Positions 9,003 through 19,800 of a DNA stretch of 64,000 nt are shown here, one piece after another; position 1 is the first letter of the stretch; every line of letters starts with the position of its first letter. A program made the position numbers and the translations under genes. The notes under the pieces are model-generated. The model was not told the DNA's origin. It saw only the letters and a list, made by a program, of their open reading frames with translations, and did no database searches. This DNA is from Candidatus Obscuribacterales bacterium (GTDB lineage Bacteria; Cyanobacteriota; Vampirovibrionia; Obscuribacterales; Obscuribacteraceae), in NCBI GenBank assembly GCA_965228855.1, contig CBDDIJ010000003.1:1664001-1728000 (forward strand), written 5' to 3'.

Positions 9003-10136
9003 CTATTCGCTAGCTTTCGTCTTCTGCAACTCGCTATAGTCATCGAACCACTCTGGCTTCTGCGTATTTCCGTTTTTACTTCGAGCCTGCATCGCAATCT
9101 CATAAATACCCAACGCACCCGCACCGTCTCCGGTGGCTTTGGTGAAACGCGCGAGTGCTACAAGCAGTCGTTCTCTACCACCATAGTCCTTTAAAATTTC
9201 GTTCTTTAGATCTTTGAACTCAGTCATCTTTGACTGATTCATACAGGAAAACGCAAGAGCAAGCTTGACGTCGAGCGCACCAGACGTTTTATCTGCTAGA
9301 GCTTTAATGTGATCAAGAGATTTCTGCGCGAATGACTCCGCCTGCTCGTATCTTCCAGCACTGTTTGCAGCAAGCGCCACTCGGTACAGTCCAAGCGCTG
9401 GACGCGCATCACCAACTGGCAGTTGCTGCGCCTCGGTCGCTAGTTGATCTAGCGTGGCACCAATTCCGGCAAGCCGATCTTTACTCAATAGCGGATTGGA
9501 GGTTACTTCACTATCAATCTCAAGAGTCCTTAGAGGATCTCCATACTTGAGTTCCTCACCGTCAGTGATGGTTCGAAGTTCATCAAGCGTTTTCAATGCA
9601 TCCTGGACATGAGCACAGTAAACCTTCAACCGCTTGCTGTAATCTTTTGGAACCGTGTTATCGATGAGAGAACCCAAGATCGCCTTTGTATCGTCACCCT
9701 CGCCAAGCCTCTGCAACACCGGCCCAAAGCTCTCCTTTAGGAGTGGCAGGCATTTGCTAAACACGTCCGCCGGACTGGTTGAGAACTCAGGCATCATAGG
9801 CGATGCCAATTGCAGTTCCAACAGTAATTCCCTGATAATACGAGCACTTTCACTCGGATCCCCAGCTTTTACAAAGAAGACGACCAGATCTGATTTGACC
9901 TTTTGCAGCATCCCACTGGTATCCTGCAGACCGTTACTCGGCTGCGATGACTCGTTGCTTTCAAGTGACCGAAGAAGCTCTTTAGCGGTGCTCACTGCAA
10001 CACCTACTTTACCGCTTTTAAAGTTTTTCTCGGCATCTTGAAGCACCACCTGTGGTTCCTCTGCCATTGCAGTATTTACGGAGAACGAAATGCCGATCAA
10101 AACTGCCAGATAACGTTTAAACCATTCATGAGCCAT
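9003..10136 (-). CDS. Hypothetical secreted alpha-helical (TPR-like) protein
   Basis: Signal peptide ending AMA-EE; helical Ala/Leu-rich repeats. Confidence 0.65.
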   Translation of the reverse strand: MAHEWFKRYLAVLIGISFSVNTAMAEEPQVVLQDAEKNFKSGKVGVAVSTAKELLRSLESNESSQPSNGLQDTSGMLQKVKSDLVVFFVKAGDPSESARIIRELLLELQLASPMMPEFSTSPADVFSKCLPLLKESFGPVLQRLGEGDDTKAILGSLIDNTVPKDYSKRLKVYCAHVQDALKTLDELRTITDGEELKYGDPLRTLEIDSEVTSNPLLSKDRLAGIGATLDQLATEAQQLPVGDARPALGLYRVALAANSAGRYEQAESFAQKSLDHIKALADKTSGALDVKLALAFSCMNQSKMTEFKDLKNEILKDYGGRERLLVALARFTKATGDGAGALGIYEIAMQARSKNGNTQKPEWFDDYSELQKTKASE

Positions 10137-10277
10137 GTCGAATTCAAAGAACTAAACTGAGAGGGAAAGGTCCGATTATAACTCACTCACCGGTTAGTCA
10201 TCACTGAATTTGCCTTACCGCTTGAAGCCAAACCGTCTGATGCGATACATAGGCGCATTCGCACCCGCATATCCACA

Positions 10278-12667
10278 TTAATTGCTAAGTGCCCATACCT
10301 GCGAACCGAAAATGATTTTCTTCATCTTTGTAGGATCATATCCACTTAAATCATAAAGCGAAGGATCAAAATAATGCTCAGAATCAGCAGACACAGGTGC
10401 CATGCCTGAGTGCATCACGACCGTGTAACCATTCCGCAACTGCTCGTACCTATCAACAGCTGATTTAGTGATTAGAGGACAAGCAGTTACGTCGATCAGA
10501 ATCGGGTTTAACTGCTGAATTCTAGCAAACAGCCGATCGGTCAGCTTGGGATTATCCATGAGTAACAAAAACAGATAGCCGCTGGTCAAATTTTCTGGAA
10601 TGTCGTCATCTTGCAGATTCAAACCAGCCACATTCATCGATACCAATTCTGGTAACTCAAACAACTTCCTGACGCCCGAGGCACTGATTCTTGTGTGACC
10701 CACTTCGAGGAATTGTATCAATCGCAGTTTCATAAGCGATGGGACAGCCGCATCGGTGATTTTATCCGTGTCCGACAAATAGAGCAATCGTAATCTCGGA
10801 TGCAATTTGCAAACGGTTTTCACCCCCCTGTCACCAATACCGGTGCCATCCAAAGCCAGAACCTCGAGTTGAGTCAGCTTCAAGAGATGCTTTAACCCGG
10901 GATCCGAGATACCATGGCAACGAGAAAGCACGAGAGAACGCAAAGTGTGACAGCTTGAAATTGCCTCTAAGTATCTGTCGTCAATTTTGTTATCACGCAT
11001 ATCAAGAAAGACGAGATTGAAAGACATAAGTTTGTTCAAGTCTTCCGCTGAGAAGTCGGTCTCTGGAGTAATCTGCACTCTGGTAACATCACGACGTTTT
11101 CTCAAAGTATCGAAGCACTCTTCATTCAATCGTCCTTTGACGATTAGCCACTCAACATCATTTTTTCGTTTAAGCGTCAACGATGCTTGTGCGATAAGCT
11201 TTCCCTGTGGAGCATCGCGAGAAACCTGCTTGAGTGCTAACATCCCGGCAAAAAACAGCAACGCTGCGCCGACAGCCAGAATCAAAGCAGGCAATTTCGA
11301 TCTCTTGCTATCGACCGATGTCGGGTTAGTATTGTCTGCACCTTGCGATGAGGATAACTCCGCATTTAGTTCGTTTAAAACTGATAACAGTTCCGATTCG
11401 AATTCCCGCATGCTCTGTATCCGCTCGGCACGCGACTTCCGGATCGCCCTGGAGACAATCTCTTCCAGCTTTGCAGGATAAGCAGTACCGGGATTACTTT
11501 CGGAGAGCGATGGTGGCACTTCGCTGATCTGCTTGTGCAACGTTTCCAGCATCGAGTCTCCTTCAAGAGGATACTTTCCTGTCAGCGTAAAGTACAGCGT
11601 GCAACCTAGCGAATAGATATCGCTGCGTCTATCGATCTTTTCGCCCCTCGCTTGTTCCGGGCTTGCCACAGTCGCAGTGCCAATGAAATAACCCGCGCTG
11701 CTAAGAGTTGAGTCCTGAATGTTTTGATTTTTAGCAATGCCAAAATCGAGAAGCGTTACTCTTAACTCTGGCTCCTGCTCAGTATCTTCCTGGTCCGTTA
11801 CTTTATCGACGATAACAGTTCCGATTCGAATTCCCGCATGCTCTGTATCCGCTCGGCACGCGACTTCCGGATCGCCCTGGAGACAATCTCTTCCAGCTTT
11901 GCAGGATAAGCAGTACCGGGATTACTTTCGGAGAGCGATGGTGGCACTTCGCTGATCTGCTTGTGCAACGTTTCCAGCATCGAGTCTCCTTCAAGAGGAT
12001 ACTTTCCTGTCAGCGTAAAGTACAGCGTGCAACCTAGCGAATAGATATCGCTGCGTCTATCGATCTTTTCGCCCCTCGCTTGTTCCGGGCTTGCCACAGT
12101 CGCAGTGCCAATGAAATAACCCGCGCTGCTAAGAGTTGAGTCCTGAATGTTTTGATTTTTAGCAATGCCAAAATCGAGAAGCGTTACTCTTAACTCTGGC
12201 TCCTGCTCAGTATCTTCCTGGTCCGTTACTTTATCGACGATAACATTTCTTGGAGTCAAATCTCGATGAAGTATGCCTTCCCTATGCGCATATTCCATCG
12301 CCCTGCAGATTTCCACTGCTATCTTTATTGCTTCACCCAGATTGAGTGGACCATTTTCTTTTACAAGCTGATGAAGCGAACTCCCGCTAACATACTCCAT
12401 CAACATCAGGGGTCTCTGATCTTGCGTGACGATGAAGTCGTAAACATCGATGATGTTCGGATGTTTTAAACGGCAAACCGTTTTCGCCTCACGTTGCAAA
12501 TTCGCGTAATGAGAAATCGGTACGCTTCGGTCGCCCTTGAGAATCTTGATAGCGACGAGTCTCTTGAGCACACGATCTCTTGCTTTCAGAACTGTGCCGC
12601 TACCTCCTGAACCTATCCGGGCCAGGATTTCGTAACGGTCCAGTATTTCGTCAGGAAGGTCGCTCAC
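10278..12667 (-). pseudogene. Ser/Thr kinase-TM-LRR protein frameshifted by an internal 428-bp tandem duplication (ORFs 11798-12667 and 10278-11669)
   Basis: GSGGSG, VAIK, HRDLTPRN, DFG, SPEQ; TM LPALILAVGAALLFFAGMLAL; LRRs; removing one repeat copy gives a 1962-nt, 653-aa ORF. Confidence 0.85.
11383..12238. repeat. Tandem duplication, 2 x 428 bp (11383-11810, 11811-12238)
   Basis: Copies look identical by eye; 7-bp GATAACA at all three junctions (11383, 11811, 12239). Confidence 0.95.
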
Positions 12668-12727
12668 ACGTACATTCTACATGACGTTAAGACGTCGAAA
12701 AACGCAATCATTTTTCAGAACAAGCTA

Positions 12728-13012
12728 CTAGCGGTCGAACTGATACCACTTTCGCTTCTGGCGCTTCGACGCGACAACGCTCATTGAGACTCTCCTTCCT
12801 TCAAGGAGGTGTCCATTGAGATCTTGGACGGCTTGGGACGCTTCTTCGTCAGTATCCATGTCGACAAAGGCGTAGCCTCTCGATTTCCCTGTTTTCGGAT
12901 CCGTTGGAATCGATACCGTTGTCACCCCACCTGCTGTACCAGCGGAGAAAAACTCGCGGATGTGCTCTTCCGATAATTGAGATGGGAGATTGCCGAGCAA
13001 TATTTGACTCAT
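12728..13012 (-). CDS. RNA-binding protein (RRM)
   Basis: RNP2 ILLGNL and RNP1 RGYAFVDM. Confidence 0.92.
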   Translation of the reverse strand: MSQILLGNLPSQLSEEHIREFFSAGTAGGVTTVSIPTDPKTGKSRGYAFVDMDTDEEASQAVQDLNGHLLEGRRVSMSVVASKRQKRKWYQFDR

Positions 13013-13022
13013 ATTTTCATCA

Positions 13023-13364
13023 TCAGCGCACTGCCTCTAGAAATCTCAGATCGTACATCCACTCTTCATCAGGACGGTCGCTGAGAACGCTTATCATACC
13101 CGTGCTACCGAACGACATTTTCAGAATTTCCCACTGGTCATCACTGATTTCGCCGTGTTGACAGGTCAATCCACCCTCTTCCCAGATGACGCTCACAGTT
13201 CTGCGGTTCTCCGGAGAATCGGGAAAAACTGCATAAGTCCCCAGTCGCGTTATGCGACCATAGTGCCAGCGGAAGTCAGCACCTTTTTTCTCCGCCTGTG
13301 CCGCATCCATTGCGTTGGCGTCAGCGCGTTTCATTTTCGAGGAGGTTTGTTTCTCTTTGGGCAT
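13023..13364 (-). CDS. Hypothetical protein
   Basis: 113-aa ORF directly upstream of the RRM gene on the same strand. Confidence 0.65.
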   Translation of the reverse strand: MPKEKQTSSKMKRADANAMDAAQAEKKGADFRWHYGRITRLGTYAVFPDSPENRRTVSVIWEEGGLTCQHGEISDDQWEILKMSFGSTGMISVLSDRPDEEWMYDLRFLEAVR

Positions 13365-13948
13365 TGTTGGCTTTTACCTGTTGGGCGTGCCAGTGAAGAG
13401 ATACCAGACACTCCCTTTGCACGCGAAGGAAGAATCAGATGTTTTCTTTATGGGAAAAGAGACTTAGACGACAAACTTAAGTTAACTCACCTTTGACCAA
13501 AAACTCCAAGGAGAGCACAACGGCCGAACTGAATCTATGTAACCATTATTGCACGTCCCGGCGCAGCCGGATCGTTCGAGCGCGAAACAAATCCATAATA
13601 CGCTAGAGATATAGAGCCTGTGGCATATCGCGTTCAAATCTTCTGGCTACCATCGAGAAATTATCGTGATCGTCTCATCTTCGCGGCTGCTCCTATTTCA
13701 AAACCATTTGTGGCGTGGTTGAGTCATTCTTACTATTGAGAAATCACTAAGGTCACTTTGCACTACCAATGGTGTCATCTGCAAAACGCTTTTGACTGCG
13801 CCCCAGCTCCGGCCGTCTGCGCCCTCTCTTCCAATGAAGTCGTCTTCGACAACTTCATTGGCGAATCAAGGGAGCACTTGACTCTTTTACCTGCGGCAGT
13901 GCATGTTAGAAGTGGAGCTGCGATTGTCACTGAGGGTGTTCTTTCCAG

Positions 13949-15031
13949 ATGCCGAAAAAGAAAACATCTGCCGCGAATATTCGAAAAGCCGCAGGCGACT
14001 ACGATCTCTTGATCATCGCCATCGTTGCTCTAGTGATCGTAGGCGGCTTGATTTTTCTTGCGCTCCATATGATAGGGCAGTCGGAAGAGCACGTAGAAAG
14101 AGTTCGAGAGACGAAAATCCCATACAAAGAGTCACTTCAGTGGCGTGAGGAGAACCTGAGAAGTGAAGAGCGGTTGAAGAGCGACCTGGCAAACGCCCCC
14201 AATCAAACCGAAGCGGATTACGGCGACATGAATCTGAATGACGACTGTATGAAACTCATAGGTCGCATGTCTCATCTTCGGAAACTCACGTTAACCAGAG
14301 CCGTATTGAAGGATTCCTCGCTAAGGCATTTGACCCGACTGCCTTTGAAGAAACTCGGATTGCATGGCGCTACGATCACAAACAAGGCAATTCCGTATCT
14401 ACTGGAAATGAAGGAACTAGCGGATCTTGAGATCGGAGACACTGAAGTCGACGATCAAGGTTTGAAGTTGCTTTCGCAGTCTAAAAGCATCAATAGACTG
14501 GTTCTTACTCTAGGTCGATGCTTCTCGAATGAGGGGATCAAGCACATCTGCGGCATGCGCCAACTGATGGAGCTCGAAATTGGGCACGCCAAAAACATAG
14601 ATGCTGATTGTCTGCAGTCTCTTAATAGAACGAGCAGTTTAGTCAGCTTGAACTTAGAAGGTATCGAATTCAAGGACGACACGGCTGATCGTCTCAAACA
14701 GCTTTCCAACGTGCGCCATCTCCATTTTTCAATGTGCCGACTGAAGGACTCAGATCTTGCCAAGATTGCAACGATTAAGTCACTACAAACAATCACTCTC
14801 TTTGGAGAAGATATTACTGACCAGGGACTCATGTCGCTTGGGAAGTGCGATGACATTCGCGGCATCGTAGTGAAGCGCTGTGCAAACGTCACCGCAGACG
14901 GTATCAGAGAACTTGAGCAACTGCGTCCGGACTGTAAGGTAAATTACGTCCCAGCAAAAACATTCTCTGAAAATCAAGTTCGACCGGAAATCGACCTGCT
15001 GGAAAGCACTATAAGCGATCCCGGCGATTAG
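13949..15031 (+). CDS. Membrane-anchored leucine-rich-repeat protein
   Basis: N-terminal TM LLIIAIVALVIVGGLIFLAL; repeated LxxLxL...IT/VD DxGL units. Confidence 0.85.
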   Translation: MPKKKTSAANIRKAAGDYDLLIIAIVALVIVGGLIFLALHMIGQSEEHVERVRETKIPYKESLQWREENLRSEERLKSDLANAPNQTEADYGDMNLNDDCMKLIGRMSHLRKLTLTRAVLKDSSLRHLTRLPLKKLGLHGATITNKAIPYLLEMKELADLEIGDTEVDDQGLKLLSQSKSINRLVLTLGRCFSNEGIKHICGMRQLMELEIGHAKNIDADCLQSLNRTSSLVSLNLEGIEFKDDTADRLKQLSNVRHLHFSMCRLKDSDLAKIATIKSLQTITLFGEDITDQGLMSLGKCDDIRGIVVKRCANVTADGIRELEQLRPDCKVNYVPAKTFSENQVRPEIDLLESTISDPGD

Positions 15032-15063
15032 CTATCAGGTCCCAATCGCAACGGCGCTTTTAC

Positions 15064-15531
15064 TCACGACTGATTCGGATCTGAAGTCCAATGTTCACTG
15101 ATGTCATGCCCGTTTTTGAAAGCCTTTTTCTTACTCTTCGAATAAAGGACATCGTCATCCGGATAGAAAATTTCGTCATTCGGATCAGGTATGCCGACAT
15201 CAAGAATCTCCAGGAGGTCATTTGAAGTGTTTATAAACTGATGGGCAATCAGTTGACCGGCTGGTTTCGCAAAACAATCACCTGCTTTCACAGCATACTC
15301 CTGATCGTTTATCCGTAGCGTTCCATCGCCTTTGAGCACCAGGAAGAACTCTTCCTGAAGTGAGTGCGAATGCATCTTTGCAGACTTCGCGCCCGGTTTT
15401 AGTACATCTATGTTTGCATACAACCGTTGCGAACCGGCTGCCGCTCCAAGTAAAAGAGTAGTCAGCATCGGACCGGTATCCATAAACTCTGCCGCCAGAT
15501 CGTCTCGTTTTTTTATGAACTTGCTTGCCAT
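15064..15531 (-). CDS. Cupin domain protein
   Basis: HSHSLQEEFFLVLKG...GD...AHQFIN cupin motifs. Confidence 0.88.
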   Translation of the reverse strand: MASKFIKKRDDLAAEFMDTGPMLTTLLLGAAAGSQRLYANIDVLKPGAKSAKMHSHSLQEEFFLVLKGDGTLRINDQEYAVKAGDCFAKPAGQLIAHQFINTSNDLLEILDVGIPDPNDEIFYPDDDVLYSKSKKKAFKNGHDISEHWTSDPNQS

Positions 15532-15800
15532 TCACTAAGCCCCTGCATCTATCGAATAAAGCATACCCTAGATACGAGCATGTCAACTAATAAAGATGCC
15601 CTGGTTGCAGAGAATTCAGTGCGTGGCTGCTCAGTGAGAAACTCGACTGGAGCGAAACGTTCAAAGTAATATCCGGGATCTCAGTGCGGAAAACCGTCAG
15701 CAAACACAATATCGAAAGCTGTTTGGGTTCAAAAACTTCACGGCTCAGCGATAGCCTTAAGTTGCCGAAGCAAAGCGGTTTTACGACCGTAGCACCGTAA

Positions 15801-16343
15801 ATGGTATCAGCTCAGAATTACGCACATCCCCAAGAAGCATCGAAGAAAATGACAAACCCATTCATTCAATCAGAAGTCAGTGCCGAAAGTTCTTTCCCGC
15901 AGTTCAACGCATTGGAGAGCGCAGCACCAGCCGCACTAAAGGAAATGCCGATGTATCTGCCGGAAACTCAGATTGTTAATTCGAATGCTCTGGCAAGTTT
16001 CGATGCCGACCAAAACCAACCATTCGAAATCACAGACGGCAACACAGTCGTGGCGTCGAGCTGCCCAGGCGGCTGCAATTGCTCCGAATACAGAGTCAGT
16101 GGATGGAATCGGAATGCCCGTTCGCAAAACAATTTGTCCTCTTCCTGCGATGACGGCAGTTGTGACGACGGAGGGGATTATGATCCCAGCAGCGATTGGG
16201 ACGATGGCGGGTGCGACGATGGCAGCTGTGACGACGGTGGCGGTGGATTGCTCCGCGGACTGCTTCGCCGTTTCGGAAGGGGTGGACTCATGGGTCTTTT
16301 CGGCGGTGGCGGTTTAGGATTTGCACGAGCATTCAGACGCTAG
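15801..16343 (+). CDS. Hypothetical Cys/Asp/Gly-rich low-complexity protein (start may be ATG 15849)
   Basis: CPGGCNC, two CDDGSCDDGG repeats, basic Gly-rich tail. Confidence 0.6.
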   Translation: MVSAQNYAHPQEASKKMTNPFIQSEVSAESSFPQFNALESAAPAALKEMPMYLPETQIVNSNALASFDADQNQPFEITDGNTVVASSCPGGCNCSEYRVSGWNRNARSQNNLSSSCDDGSCDDGGDYDPSSDWDDGGCDDGSCDDGGGGLLRGLLRRFGRGGLMGLFGGGGLGFARAFRR

Positions 16344-16870
16344 CGCCCACCATAGAATTTGGACTTACTGCAGACGCAAGGCAATTCAACATATCGGCGG
16401 TCGAGGCTCTGACGAGACCGCCCATAGACGCGCTACCATATTTGTCAGCGAATATCATCACCCACTTGGCTGATGAAGGTCAGTTCGCAGATAAAGAACT
16501 TGTTAACAACATTCTTCCACGGTGCGAGATGCACTAAGTTCAATAAGCTCACCTACCTTGTTTTCTTACTTCAACATCAATTCACCGAGGCTAAACGTGC
16601 TCCATCAAAGCATTTAGAGCCTCCCGACTACAATCACCGAACGACACCGCATATGGTGCGCCGGTTTGGCGAAGTTGATTAAACTCGATGAAACGCTCGA
16701 CGGATCTGTCGCTTTAGCAGCATTGGGTGTGAAAGGCGGCTAGACACTAAATTCCAGCTACTGTAAACTTTAGATTCAAAATCCGCCGCATCTCTCCTGC
16801 TACGGAGCCATTTCGAGGCGGTGGAAGAACTCGTCTCGGGAAACTGAGTTTTCCTTGCCTGTTCAATCGA

Positions 16871-19800
16871 TTGCAAGCTGGAATCCAAGGAGAGGCTGTT
16901 TTGAAGATTCAATACGACAGACGCAACGCCCGCAGCACTTCCGCGCTTATAGCGAGCGCATCCTTTGCGACTCTGTCAGGAGCAATGTTTTCCCCTGCAG
17001 CGGCGGCAGACAGAATCCCAGACCTGAACCGCACCGACCGTCATGACCGAGCCCTTTTGCGTCATACCCTTAATCGCGACAATCGTGAATCAAGGGCTAG
17101 AGAAATTCCAATCCCTGGAATTCAAAATCTGGCTGCAACTCTTCCAGTCTCGAGAGCCGCAGAGAGAGGACATCGGCTCAATTTAAGCAACGAGCTTCGA
17201 GGCCGTCTGCAGTTAGACCTTGGCTCAAACCGTTCAGCGATTCGATTGACCGACAACTTGTTGGAAGACTCGTCAATCACAATTACCGTTGGTGAGCAAA
17301 CGCAAACGCTGTCCGCCGGATCAAGGGTTACTGCAGGAGAATTTGTAGCAGTCAAGCAAGTCATCGAAGGCGGCAATCAAACCATTAATCTGGATAACTC
17401 CGGAACCGCTGTGTCGGGATTTTTCTCGCTTGATTCTTTGGGTACAGGCAAGGTCTCGAGACTGGTAATCCCGCAGGGCGTTACCGGAATCGACGATGTT
17501 TCGTCAAATGGTGGTCTTCGCGTCGCCGGAAACATTTTCAACTCTGGCAGCATTTACGCCGTATCCAGCGATCCCGGCAACAAATCAGCAGATATTTCAG
17601 CAAAGAACATAATAAATCGGTCAACAGGAGTCATCACAACCGAAGTACCTGTTGGAGTTAACGAGTTAAATTCATCGAATGTTTCAGACCTCAGTCTCAG
17701 CCTCAACTCCTCCAAACATGTATTGAACAGAGGCTTGATCACGAGTGCAAATGATTTGACGATCTCTGCGGGTGGCTCAATCTCGAATATCGGATCAGCG
17801 GAAGCGTCATCGACAATTGGTCAGCTCAACGCAGCCCATGATCTCAACTTGGTTATCGGTCAGGGAACCTTAAACAACAGCGGTCGGATTACGAGTTCCG
17901 AAAGTCGAATAAACATTTCCTCTAAAGCTTCTGATAGCGACATAATTATCAATTCATTGGGCGGCACATTCTCCGCGCTCAATGGGGAGATTAACGTTCG
18001 CAATTCATCCTTCAACGGTTCAAAAAACATTGCTTTATTGGGCGGAGACTACCTCGCCAAAGATCTCAATTTAAACAGCGGCTCAGGCAAGATATTTGGC
18101 TATACCGGTGAGATAACAGGTCGAGTCAATTCGATTGCAAGTGAAGAACATCTGTATGCGAATAGTAAGACATTAGTGCTAGGCAACAACTGTATAACTG
18201 GAGATCCGACGTTCGTCAATTCGGGTGGCGACATTGTCATCAATGGAATTAATACATTTGGCGAAAACACTGCAATAATCGCGAGTGAGAACATTCTGGA
18301 CGATGGACTGGGTAGCGGAGCCCAACTAATCAATCACGGGTTCAATCTTACTTTGATCGCTGGGGCCGATATTACTGTCCAGGGCACCGGTGGTGGTGAC
18401 AATTCAAATGCAATCAACTTAAACACAGCCAGTAAACTGCTCGGGGCGCAGCAAGTTATAGTCGATTTCTCGAACGGAGCTGGCGGCAACATCGACCTTT
18501 CCTCATCCTCGATAAGCCAGGTGATAGACACGAGCGGCACGGTCGGGAAGGGCGGGGATGTGACTCTGGTCGCCAACGCAAATGGAAACCAGGGAGGAAA
18601 AGTACTTCTAAATACCGCAAGCGTAATAAACACTTCAGGAGCCGGTACTGGCGCAGGTGGGAATGTAACCATTTTGGCAGGCGCTGATCCTTCGGCATTC
18701 AGTACCACGATTCAACTTGGAAGCATCGCAACCGCTCCCGGCAGTACCCCTCAATCTGGTGTTCAGTTCGGTAATGCGGGCTCGGTTTTGATCGCCACAT
18801 CTGCTGCGCAAAACACGAGCGCCGGAAGCAGCGTAACATTTGACACTCAAGGCACGATCGTGGCCGGCGGTGGAATTACTAGCACTGGCGTGCTGAGTGA
18901 CCGCGCACGCGTTTTGATAGGAGGAGATATTTCTACCGCGCCATCAGGCATGGGAAGTGGAGCTATCCCTAACGGAGTTGCTGGAGCAAATGCTGGTGCC
19001 ATATCAATTTCTGCAGGTGATGATCTAGCGGTTGAAGGCACAAAGGGTCTACTTTCATTCGGACAAGGTGGTCTTGGTGGCTTTTCAGGAAGCAACGGCA
19101 GGGGAGGCGATGGCGGCGATGGGGCGCCTATAACTCTGTTCTCTAAAAATGGGTCTATCGATATAGCCGCCGATATTAATACTTCCGGCGGTGGCGGCGG
19201 TGGTGGTGCTGGCGGTGGCAACGGCGCCTCGATATCCGGCGAACCTGGAGGCGCAGGAGGTACAGCGGGTCTAATTACCGTTCAGGCGCAATCCGGTGCA
19301 ATCAATATTGGTGGTTCTGTGTTCGCTGCTGACGGCGGCAGAGGCGGAGCTGGTGGCAATGGTGCGGCGTCAAACGGTGGCGGTGGCGGCGGTGGTGGCA
19401 GCTACGGCGGTGGCGGTGGTGGTGCCAGCGATGGTAATGGCAACGGTGGTGGCGGTGGCAGCGGCTATTTTGGGGGTGGAGGCGGCGGCAGCAGCTCAAT
19501 AGCGGGCGGCGGCGGTGGTTCTGATCTAATTGCCACCGGTGCAGGTTCTGCCGGAGGCGGTACTGCCGGTAGTGGATCAGCGGGCATAGGCGGCACTGCC
19601 AATGGTGGTGCGCTGGGAGGCGCTTCAATTGGTCTCGGTGGACAGGGTGCCGCGGCTGGTGGTGGGATAAAAGATGGTGCTTCCGGTTCCGATGCTTCAC
19701 TCACAGCGGGCGGCGCCGATGTCTCGCTGAGTGGCAACTCGCTGACACTCAATGGCAGATTGATTGGGAAAAATCTTACAATCGAAAGCGGCACGAATCT

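Noticed and set aside
11383..12238. Insertion sequence inside the kinase
   Set aside because: The extra DNA is a copy of the kinase's own sequence; no transposase or terminal inverted repeats
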